Below the pieces are notes generated by a model. That model was not told the DNA's origin and did not search any database. It worked only from the letters and a program-made list of their open reading frames with translations. Position numbers and translations under genes: made by a program. A stretch of DNA of 64,000 nucleotides, from NCBI GenBank assembly GCA_964016885.1, contig OZ024740.1, forward strand, positions 330,274,001 to 330,338,000. The letters run 5' to 3'. This document shows, one piece after another, positions 41,301 through 50,274 of this stretch. Within the stretch, counting starts at the first letter, position 1, and every line of letters starts with the position of its first letter. This DNA is from Eledone cirrhosa (taxonomy: Eukaryota).

Positions 41301-41732
41301 GCCGTCAGCCGGGCATGTCCGAGATGCGCGCAGGGCGACGAAACCGTCCTGCACGCACTCGTCCAGTGTCCGAAAATTGCTGACTTGTGGGTTTATGTCG
41401 AACACCTGCTGTCGCGTTTAGGACGGATCCAGCTATCATCTGAGTCTATCGTGAGGATTGCCCCGCCCTCCTCCTTTAGCCGGGAAGGGCAGGCAGTTTT
41501 TATCCGTCTGGTGGCCATGGCGAAAGAGATAGTATGGTGGACACGTTTGAAAGGGCTGAAGACGAGCACTTACCTCTTCGGTGATGCTCTGATTGACTTT
41601 TTCAAATTTCATTTGAAAAGGAAAATCAGAGTAGAGAAGGAAGTGCTCTCTTCCCAGCATTTTGTTGAAAGATGGGTGAGAGAAGCAAGAATGGCCCGAG
41701 TGAATGGGCCGACTCTGAGTATATATCTGTAA
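38313..41732 (+). CDS. ORF2p: APE endonuclease, reverse transcriptase, C-terminal zinc finger (1139 aa, intact)
   Basis: SINARG, SET, GDWN, YLD, TDH; KSPGLDG, FRPITLLN, QGCPLS, YADD; CPRC..ETVLH....C. Confidence 0.97.
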   Translation: MTSLRIGSINARGLGSSWKQGHLLNDLRSLNIDVVAISETRISEARAFAPIFGGYDVYASPSRPGSGGGVAVLFRRGLDLAIRAIFLDPEGKLVVLDVTSGDGQAFRLVAVYAPTGAGRPDFFRRLETFLGTSRSLVLVGDWNGILDARWDCVGLADRGGGCKSLTNLLRRFELSDRYRLDFPNVPMWTWTNRIGSSRSYLDRVFCREIDRSSIGCPQFKIVSYTDHKFVTCVLDLDRLHRRGPGYWKQNASLPARKAYRDQISELVKRALTGAIVNNKWWFALKRAIRIESIRFSKALAIEKNRAEGELVRKLDEALSKGIATDVLAAKLALDQFFNAKHEGCVVRARVRALRHEGTKAVQWARVAEARRGNKATIRSLVDLDGRMLLDPGQMCEAFQRHFAQLFGGSGGPGRGMDFSVYLDGLPRLSATEAKCCEKPITAAEVREAMTGCTRGKSPGLDGLPYELYVQMPDLFGGLLADVYCNWQQNGRIPSSVSRGAVALLRKDPNKGDNIDNFRPITLLNTEFKILAKVLAKRLALVVGGLVGEAQTCAIPDRSIHDNLHLMRYIVERVAREPGTGGSLINLDQSKAFDRVDHRYLAAVLRAAGFGPVFRGWIAAMHSDICSVVRVNGHLSEPFNIMRSVRQGCPLSSLLYVLTLEPLLHKLETLRGVPRELGCGRSVSAYADDVTVVVSNAKHIEAIGTTLREYEAVTGAMINQEKSVGLQLGTWRGRSMPSNSVVGRWTDGPVKLLGVWFGPDLQTDKNWDEVTSRVASLTQKWAERKLSLKGRAEVANAYIASVICYRLTVVPCPKPRLTALERLLFRFLWKGRAPMARRSICCQHPLRGGLGMPWLMMRRHALRLRHLHLFLDGDQVWSPFARRVFPQLVSLTELQSWVKRRPRGSARRLECLQALTALDQSGNVIGGNSTSAFYRGLVEGKSDDVLGETLGVDENQLANLFGRTFGPGPMDNFQKSLAWQCYRGALPVRDKLYRHGGAVSRACPRCAQGDETVLHALVQCPKIADLWVYVEHLLSRLGRIQLSSESIVRIAPPSSFSREGQAVFIRLVAMAKEIVWWTRLKGLKTSTYLFGDALIDFFKFHLKRKIRVEKEVLSSQHFVERWVREARMARVNGPTLSIYL

Positions 41733-42228
41733 ACTAAAGGTGGAAAACTGGGAGAGGGCACTTGCCTTGGTGGTCAGGGTCATTGTGGCATTTTACTGGG
41801 CTTTCTCCACAAATGTCCCTCCGAAGTCTCCGCCCTATTGGGGAATTTTTCATTGTTATTTTCATTGTTATTTTTGTTACATCCTCTGTTTTTGTTTTTT
41901 TACACGCAGAAATGCCCATTTGTACCGTCCTGCATTGTCCTGCACTGTCCTTAATGTCTACTTTATGTAAACCCTTGTGGTTAATAAAGAAATCATTATT
42001 ATTATTATTATTATTGAATGCCATGGTTGACGGAGGCTCGGCTCTGTAAGGTATAGTAATTTTTAACCGTTAAAACAATTGTAAATTGTTTAAAACTTGA
42101 ACCAAATTGTTGATAAAGACACCCTCCTCCTCGTGAGAGGGGTCTTTCTGTCCGTTATTTGGCCCTTCGGGGTTAAATAGCCAGTTATTGGGGTTTTGTA
42201 CCCAAAATTTCATTTTAAACAAAAAAAC

Positions 42229-44322
42229 ATGGCTACCAAAAAAAAAAAATTTCATACGTCACTCCCACTCATTCCGTCTTCTTCTTCCTCAATCATCACT
42301 ACAGGAGAGAGAAGATTGTCTCTCTCCCTCCCTTCTTTAAATGTGTCTCTCTCCCTACCTTCTCTTTCGCAAGCGACGAAAGAAAAGAAAAGTCTCGTGC
42401 AAAGCGTGCAAGGTTTCTCCACGACGACGACGACAGCGACGAAACAGGTGTGCGGGAAATACGAAAACCCAGTTCATTCGTCTGACGTCAGGAATAATAG
42501 CAGTAACAGCCGTAATAACAACAGCAACAGTGACAATGAAAACAACAGTAGCAGCCGCAACAGCATCACCAGCAGCATAAACAACAACAGCATTAGCAGC
42601 AGCAACACCAACAACAACCACAGCAACAGCGGCGGAGGCAGTAGTCGTAGTACCTGCAGCAACAACAAAAGTACCAGCAGCTCTGACGACAACAACAACA
42701 GCAGAGAAAAACCAATCTCATTTGCAGGTATTGCGAAAAACCTGGAAACAATCCTCATAACAAATGAGGAATTAGAGGAAGCGAAGAAGATGGTGACAAA
42801 GAACGGACACCGAGCAATCTGCAAGGCAGCGAAAAATTTTTTCGAAACCCAAGAGCACTGTACGGTCACGTACCGTACAGTAAGTACAAAATCCCGTAGG
42901 GTGGAAAGAGCCACAGAGGCCCAAATACAAAAAGCCTTGGGGTCTGTGTGGCAGAGGAAAACGCACATCACCCGAGGCAAAAAATACGCCACCGTAGACG
43001 TACTTTTTGCCACACCCCAGGAGGCAAAGGCCCAATCAGTAGTGACCCTAAGGAGCGAGGAAATGGTGTTGGTGCCCTCCTACTGCGGGCAAAAAATTGT
43101 GAGGGTCAAACTGACCCACGTCCCCCCCGGAATGACCCCTTCTTGGCTGGCCGCGTCTGTCCTCGTCGGAATCGAGGACAAAACAACTGTACTGCAAGTA
43201 CAGAAAAAAGTAAGAGAAGATTGGGTCGGCTCCTCCATTGAGATGCTAATCCAAACCAACCAGGAGTGCATCGAAGCTATCCCGGATGTGATAGACTTCG
43301 ATAACGGCACTCAACTGCCCATAAGTGTTGAGGGCAAACGCCCGAAATGCTTTCGCTGTGGATCGAAGACTCACCTCAGGGCCTTCTGCAACGAGAAGAC
43401 CCTGAGAAAGGAGAAAACCCCCCTCCTCCCGAATCCGGTTCCACGGCTACCAGCAACAGGACAAGCGGCAACCAGGAACGATAGGTCCGTGGCACCCATA
43501 CCCACTCCACGGAAATCAAAGACAGCAGCAGCAGTGGAAATATTAACAACAACAACAGCAATACCAAATGCAGCTGCAACAGAGACTCCAGTGCAAACAT
43601 CACCAACAACAACAAGTGAAAGAGTGGAGCTGGTACCCCTCCCCGACCTTACAGAATCAGACATGGAGTGTGAGGTGGGAGAGGGATGGCAAAAGGTCTC
43701 AAGAAGGCACAAACGCAGAAGCAGCGCATCGTCGCCTTTGAAAAGGGAGGAAAGAAATGAGAAAAGGGTAAAGTCTACTGCAAAGAGACCCACAGCAGCA
43801 ACACCACCAACACCATCACCACCCACACCAGCACCACCATCACCACCGGCGACAACCCCACCGCCAACAACACCTTCAACACCACAAGCACCAACATCGC
43901 AAACACAACAACAAAACACACACACCCAGCAACAACGACAAGAAAATAGCAGAACCACACCCCACCCCCAGAAAAACAAATGCACGGCAATAAACACACA
44001 CAACAAGAAACTAATGACTTACATAATTGAACACACAGACATTTCACAACAGGACTACATAATACCAGCACCAATCAAAACGCCAACTAACATAAGACTG
44101 CTAAAAATAGCACAGAAACAATACACAAACATTAAAACGAAATTCCCCAACGCAGTTGGTGATTTCAGGGACCTAGGAGGAACCATTAATCGAAGAGTAT
44201 ATTCAGACATTCTCTTAGAAGAGCCGACGACCAGCCGAAGGGACGATTCAACGGTCCCTTCACCAGACGATCAAGTGAAAAGGGATGTAAAAACCATCCC
44301 TCCTCTACCAAAAATACGGTAA
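42229..44322 (+). CDS. ORF1p type A (N/S-rich N-terminus, RRM-like core, CCHC knuckle, P/T-rich linker, conserved C-terminal domain), intact
   Basis: Open frame from ATG 42229 (MATKKKKF) with CX2CX4HX4C. Confidence 0.93.
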   Translation: MATKKKKFHTSLPLIPSSSSSIITTGERRLSLSLPSLNVSLSLPSLSQATKEKKSLVQSVQGFSTTTTTATKQVCGKYENPVHSSDVRNNSSNSRNNNSNSDNENNSSSRNSITSSINNNSISSSNTNNNHSNSGGGSSRSTCSNNKSTSSSDDNNNSREKPISFAGIAKNLETILITNEELEEAKKMVTKNGHRAICKAAKNFFETQEHCTVTYRTVSTKSRRVERATEAQIQKALGSVWQRKTHITRGKKYATVDVLFATPQEAKAQSVVTLRSEEMVLVPSYCGQKIVRVKLTHVPPGMTPSWLAASVLVGIEDKTTVLQVQKKVREDWVGSSIEMLIQTNQECIEAIPDVIDFDNGTQLPISVEGKRPKCFRCGSKTHLRAFCNEKTLRKEKTPLLPNPVPRLPATGQAATRNDRSVAPIPTPRKSKTAAAVEILTTTTAIPNAAATETPVQTSPTTTSERVELVPLPDLTESDMECEVGEGWQKVSRRHKRRSSASSPLKREERNEKRVKSTAKRPTAATPPTPSPPTPAPPSPPATTPPPTTPSTPQAPTSQTQQQNTHTQQQRQENSRTTPHPQKNKCTAINTHNKKLMTYIIEHTDISQQDYIIPAPIKTPTNIRLLKIAQKQYTNIKTKFPNAVGDFRDLGGTINRRVYSDILLEEPTTSRRDDSTVPSPDDQVKRDVKTIPPLPKIR

Positions 44323-44357
44323 GTGGTCTTTCCCATCTTTTCCACTCTATTTTAAAC

Positions 44358-47300
44358 ATGACCTCACTCAGAATAGGCAGCATAAATGCGCGTGGCTTGG
44401 GGTCGTCATGGAAGCAGGGTCACCTGCTCAACGACCTCAGGTCACTAAACATAGATGTAGTGGCCATCAGCGAGACCAGAATCTCCGAAGCACGGGCCTT
44501 CGCACCGATCTTCGGCGGCTACGATGTGTACGCATCTCCCAGCCGTCCTGGATCCGGTGGAGGAGTTGCTGTGCTTTTTCGGAGAGGTTTGGATCTCGCC
44601 ATACGGGCCATCTTCCTGGACCCAGAGGGTAAGCTGGTGGTGCTGGACGTGACCAGCGGAGACGGGCAAGCTTTCAGGCTAGTGGCCGTCTATGCCCCGA
44701 CAGGAGCAGGGCGGCCTGATTTCTTCCGGCGTCTGGAGACCTTTCTTGGAACGTCGCGCTCTTTAGTGTTAGTGGGCGACTGGAACGGGATCTTAGATGC
44801 ACGCTGGGACTGTGTGGGATTAGCGGATAGGGGTGGAGGGTGCAAGAGCCTCACCAACCTGCTCAGGCGTTTTGAACTGTCTGACAGGTACCGATTGGAT
44901 TTCCCGAATGTGCCAATGTGGACTTGGACAAACCGCATAGGGTCATCCAGATCATATCTAGATAGAGTATTTTGTAGGGAAATAGATAGGTCTAGCATAG
45001 GCTGTCCACAATTCAAGATAGTCAGCTACACAGACCACAAATTCGTGATCTGTGTGCTTGACTTAGATAGGCTTCATAGACGAGGACCCGGCTACTGGAA
45101 GCTAAACGCGTCCTTACCAGCGCGCAAGGCCTACAGAGACCGGATTAGCGAACTAGTTAAGCGGGCGTTGACGGGGGCCATCGTCAACAACAAGTGGTGG
45201 TTTGCTCTGAAAAGAGCGATTAGAATAGAATCGATTAGGTTTAGTAAGGCTTTAGCAATAGAGAAAAATAGAGCAGAGGGAGAACTAGTTAGAAAATTAG
45301 ACGAGGCGCTTAGCAAAGGCATTGCGACCGACGTGCTTGCGGCGAAATTGGCCCTTGACCAATTCTTCAATGCAAAGCACGAAGGCTGCGTTGTCAGAGC
45401 TAGGGTGCGTGCTCTCAGACACGAGGGGACGAAAGCCGTTCAATGGGCCCGAGTGGCGGAGGCGCGTCGTGGCAACAAAGCCACGATCCGGTCTTTGGTG
45501 GACCACGACGGGCGCATGCTACTCGATCCCGGGCAAATGTGTGAAGCTTTTCAGCGACACTTCGCTCAGCTGTTCGGGGGCAGCGGGGGGCCGGGTAGAG
45601 GGATGGACTTTAGTGTCTACCTCGACGGACTGCCGCGGCTCTCGGCCACTGAGGCGAAGTGTTGCGAAAAGCCGATAACAGCCGCTGAAGTAAGGGAGGC
45701 AATGACTGGCTGCACAAGGGGTAAATCGCCTGGTTTGGATGGTCTGCCCTATGAACTTTACGTACAGATGCCAGACTTGTTCGGAGGCCTCTTGGCGGAC
45801 GTCTACTGCAACTGGCAACAGAACGGGAGAATTCCCAGTTCTGTGAGCCGAGGAGCGGTGGCACTGCTGAGAAAGGATCCGAACAAGGGGGATAACATAG
45901 ACAATTTCCGGCCCATAACTCTGCTAAACACAGAGTTTAAGATTTTGGCCAAGGTGCTAGCAAAGAGGTTGGCGCTTGTCGTTGGTGGTCTGGTGGGAGA
46001 GGCGCAGACATGCGCCATTCCCGACAGATCCATCCACGACAACCTCCACCTCATGCGATACATCGTAGAGAAGGTAGCTAGGGAACCTGGCACGGGTGGG
46101 TCCTTGATCAATTTAGATCAGTCGAAAGCTTTCGATAGGGTCGACCATCGTTACCTAGCGGCAGTCCTGAGGGCGGCTGGCTTTGGGCCCGTCTTCAGAG
46201 GCTGGATCGCTGCCATGCACAGCGACATCTGCTCTGTGGTGAGAGTGAACGGTCACCTGTCGGAACCGTTCAACATCATGCGCTCGGTCCGCCAAGGATG
46301 TCCCCTCTCGTCCCTCTTGTACGTATAGACTCTCGAGCCATTACTGCACAAACTGGAGACGTTGAGGGGAGTCCCGCGCGAACTAGGATGCGGAAGATCC
46401 GTGTCAGCATATGCGGACGATGTCACCGTAGTGGTGTCGAACGCCAAACACATCGAGGCGATCGGCACTACACTAAGAGAATACGAAGCGGTGACAGGAG
46501 CAATGATCAACCAGGAAAAGTCAGTGGGCCTGCAGCTCGGCACCTGGAGAGGCAGGTCCATGCCGTCCAACAGCGTCGTCGGGCGCTGGACGGACGGACC
46601 GGTTAAATTGCTAGGGGTCTGGTTCGGTCCGGACCTCCAGACGGACAAAAACTGGGACGAGGTGACGAGCAGGGTGGCTTCTCTCACCCAGAAATGGGCG
46701 GAGAGGAAGCTATCCCTGAAAGGTCGAGCGGAGGTGGCTAACGCGTACATCGCGTCTGTCATCTGCTACCGCCTAACCGTCGTACCTTGTCCTAAGCCTC
46801 GCCTGACTGCGCTGGAGCGTTTGCTCTTTCGCTTTTTGTGGAAGGGACGTGCTCCGATGGTCAGGCGGTCCATCTGTTGTCAACACCCGCTACGTGGAGG
46901 GCTGGGCATGCCGTGGCTGATGATGCGCAGGCACGCGCTCAGGCTACGACATCTCCACCTCTTCCTCGACGGTGATCAGGTGTGGTCGCCGTTTGCTAGA
47001 CGCGTTTTTCCCCAGCTCGTTTCCTTGACGGAGCTGCAGTCCTGGGTCAAGCGAAGACCGAGAGGGAGCGCCTGGAGACTGGAATGTCTTCAGGCGCTCA
47101 CAGCCCTCGACCAATCGGGCAATGTGATCGGTGGAAACTCCACCTCGGCGTTCTATAGAGGATTAGTGGAGGGGAAGAGCGACGACGTACTTGGGGAAAC
47201 TCTAGGCGTCGACGAAAATCAACTAGCCAATCTCTTCGGAAGAACTTTCGGGCCGGGGCCTATGGACAACTTCCAGAAATCTCTGGCCTGGCAGTGCTAC

Positions 47301-47777
47301 CGAGGAGCCTTGCCAGTTCGGGATAAACTCTACAGGCATGGAGGTGCCGTCAGCCGGGCATGTCCGAGATGCGCGCAGGGCGACGAAACCGTCCTGCACG
47401 CACTCGTCCAGTGTCCGAAAATTGCTGACTTGTGGGTTTATGTCGAACACCTGCTGTCGCGTTTAGGACGGATCCAGCTATCATCTGAGTCCATCGTGAG
47501 GATTGCCCCGCCCTCCTCCTTTAGCCGGGAAGGGCAGGCAGTTTTTATCTGTCTGGTGGCCATGGCGAAAGAGATAGTATGGTGGACACGTTTGAAAGGG
47601 CTGAAGACGAGCACTTACCTCTTCGGTGATGCTCTGATTGACTTTTTCAAATTTCATTTGAAAAGGAAAATCAGAGTAGAGAGGGAAGTGCTCTCTTCCC
47701 AGCATTTTGTTGAAAGATGGGTGAGAGAAGCAAGAATGGCCCGAGTGAATGGGCCGACTCTGAGTATATATCTGTAA
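44358..47777 (+). pseudogene. ORF2 of copy 3 with a single premature TAG
   Basis: gtaTAGact at 46326-46328 versus gtaTTGact in copies 2 and 4. Otherwise collinear. Confidence 0.95.
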
Positions 47778-48037
47778 ACTAAAGGTGGAAAACTGGGAGA
47801 GGGCACTTGCCTTGGTGGTCAGGGTCATTGTGGCTTTTTACTGGGCTTTCTCCACAAATGTCCCTCCGAAGTCTCCCCCCTATTGGGGAATTTTTCATTG
47901 TTATTTTCATTGTTATTTTTGTTACATCCTCTGTTTTTGTTTTTTTACACGCAGAAATGCCCATTTGTACCGTCCTGCATTGTCCTGCACTGTCCTTAAT
48001 GTCTACTTTATGTAAACCCTTGTGGTTAATAAAGAAA

Positions 48038-48072
<35 letters not shown>

Positions 48073-48281
48073 GGCGACCTACGTAGAAAATCGTTTTATC
48101 GTGAGCTCCGCAAAGGTTTGTTATTTCCGTTTGTTTAAAAATTGCCATTTATGGAAAATTTCATTGTAAACTGTTTATAAGCACACATACATTGTTTTCC
48201 GAAAAGGACACCCAAAAAGATTGGGGCCTTGTGCCCAAAATTTTAACTTTTATTATTATCCAAAAATTTCTTTGAAAAAAA

Positions 48282-50240
48282 ATGGCTAATTCCCCTCTGC
48301 ACGAAGCAGCTGAAAGCCTTCCTCACAAAATAACACCTCACACCGACACCACCATTGTAAATGTTACTACGTTTGCCAACACAAAAAAAAATATAAGCAA
48401 TAGCAATATTTTAAATTTGTCTCAGGCAGACATTCATTTCCCGCCATTACCAATGACTGCAGGTGTTAAACCCTCCACCACCACCACCACCGCGACAACA
48501 GAAACAAAAGAAGAAAAAAATAAAGTAACTCGTGACGTCGAAATGAAATCAAGCAAAATGGACTCTTCCCCACCAAAGACGACTGACGTCAGCACCACCA
48601 CAACTGAAAATAAAATTAATATTAACGCTAGCAACAACAACAACAATGACATTATAAAACCGACCCTCAGTTTCGCCATCGTAGCAAAACAATTCGAAGC
48701 GTTCACGGTAACTCAAGAAGATTTAGAAAATGCCAAACGAATGGTAAAGAAAGATGGGTACAGGGTCAGCCTCACCCCCCCACCTAATAAAATGGAGCAT
48801 CGGCGCCTATGCACCGTGTCGTATAGAACAATAAATGTAAAATCGCGCCGAGTGGAACGGGCATCCGAGTCCCAAATCCCAAAAGCTTTGGGACATGTGT
48901 GGGCAAGAAAAACCCACATCAGACGTGGGCAAAAGTATGGAACCGTGGATGTGTTCTTTGAAACACCAGAGGAGGCTAGAGAACACTCCATGGTCCCATT
49001 AAAAAGTGACGACTTCACACTCGTCCCAAGCTATTGTGGCCAGAGACTCGTAAAGATCAGGGTGACCCACGTTCCACCGGCCATCGAAATTCCCTGGCTA
49101 ATAGCGGCTGTCATCGCCGGCATCGAGGCCAACACGAAAATAATAACAATAGCAAAAGAAAAGCAGGAAAACTGGTCCGGATCTGGGATGGAGCTCCTGA
49201 TCCAAGCGGACCAAAAAAGCATTGAGGAGATCCCAGAGGTAATAGACCTCACTGACGGCAGCCACCTCACGGTAATTGTCGAGGGCAGAAGACCTAGGTG
49301 TGTCGTTTGTGGTGAAGGAACCCACCTAAGGGCTTTCTGCCCTCAGGCTAAAAGGTTGAGGCCACCTCTCCTACCCACCCCAGTGACACAACCATCAACA
49401 CCACCAGTAGCAGAGATGCCAGCAACAACTGTAGCAGCAACAACAGAAGCAACTATAACAGCAACAACCCCAGCAACAGTAGCAAAACCAACACCACTAC
49501 CACCACCAGCAAAACCAACACCACCACCACCCAACGCTTCAGAACTCGCACCAGCGCCTACACCATCCACCACACCACAACCAAAACTAACGGCTGTGGA
49601 GGATTTTCCACTCCCCGGCCTATCACAACTGGAGACAGATTGTGACGACGAGGAGTGGGAAACGATATCCGGAAAAAAAAAAAGAAACCAAAAAAGAAAA
49701 AATTCTCTTCCTTCCCCCTCCAAAAACAAAATACAGAGGGAAACAAATAAACTAAGAAACAAAAAAGTTAGGACAGATATGCCACCATCCACACCAGCAT
49801 CACCAACCCCATCAACCCAAACACCAACACCATCACCATCATTAACTCCAACACCACCATCACCTACACCACAAAAGTCACCAAAATGCGAAACAGAAAC
49901 AAACCCACAACAAACGCAAACAAAACAAAACAACCAAAACGATACACACTACACAGCATTAAATTTGAACAACAAGCAATTATTGCACTACATCCAACAC
50001 AACACCAGCATCACAGAAAAAGACTACACAACAACCCCAAAATTCACACCACCTCCACACATACAAATCACTCGCATCACACAGAAAACGTACATGACAC
50101 TAAAACAAAAATTCCCCAAAGACATCGGAGACTTCCGACAAGCACTCTCCAGGAGGATTTATAAGGACATCCTTCCTGAGGAGGCCACAAGCAGTGAAAA
50201 GGATGGAAAAACCGTCCTTCCCCTACGAGAAGTAAGGTAA
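48282..50240 (+). CDS. ORF1p type B (652 aa), diverged homolog of type A
   Basis: Shares CTVxYRT..KSRRVERA, W.RKTHI.RG.KY.TVDV and LVPSYCGQ with type A. Knuckle CVVCGEGTHLRAFC. Confidence 0.95.
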   Translation: MANSPLHEAAESLPHKITPHTDTTIVNVTTFANTKKNISNSNILNLSQADIHFPPLPMTAGVKPSTTTTTATTETKEEKNKVTRDVEMKSSKMDSSPPKTTDVSTTTTENKININASNNNNNDIIKPTLSFAIVAKQFEAFTVTQEDLENAKRMVKKDGYRVSLTPPPNKMEHRRLCTVSYRTINVKSRRVERASESQIPKALGHVWARKTHIRRGQKYGTVDVFFETPEEAREHSMVPLKSDDFTLVPSYCGQRLVKIRVTHVPPAIEIPWLIAAVIAGIEANTKIITIAKEKQENWSGSGMELLIQADQKSIEEIPEVIDLTDGSHLTVIVEGRRPRCVVCGEGTHLRAFCPQAKRLRPPLLPTPVTQPSTPPVAEMPATTVAATTEATITATTPATVAKPTPLPPPAKPTPPPPNASELAPAPTPSTTPQPKLTAVEDFPLPGLSQLETDCDDEEWETISGKKKRNQKRKNSLPSPSKNKIQRETNKLRNKKVRTDMPPSTPASPTPSTQTPTPSPSLTPTPPSPTPQKSPKCETETNPQQTQTKQNNQNDTHYTALNLNNKQLLHYIQHNTSITEKDYTTTPKFTPPPHIQITRITQKTYMTLKQKFPKDIGDFRQALSRRIYKDILPEEATSSEKDGKTVLPLREVR

Positions 50241-50274
50241 GTGGTCTTTCCCATCTTTTCCACTCCTTTTCAAC

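Larger units (their letters stand above)
36008..42015 (+). mobile_element. Tx1/L1-clade LINE copy 2 (type A, near full length, ~6.0 kb)
   Basis: 5'UTR, ORF1, ORF2, 3'UTR and (att)n. Lacks the first ~45 nt present in copy 3. Confidence 0.97.
42016..48072 (+). mobile_element. Tx1/L1-clade LINE copy 3 (type A, apparently full length)
   Basis: Starts gaatgccatgg directly after the tail of copy 2 and ends in (att)~11. Confidence 0.97.

Noticed and set aside
36008-48072. Copies 2 and 3 as an assembly duplication
   Set aside because: They differ by many substitutions, small indels and 5' end length.
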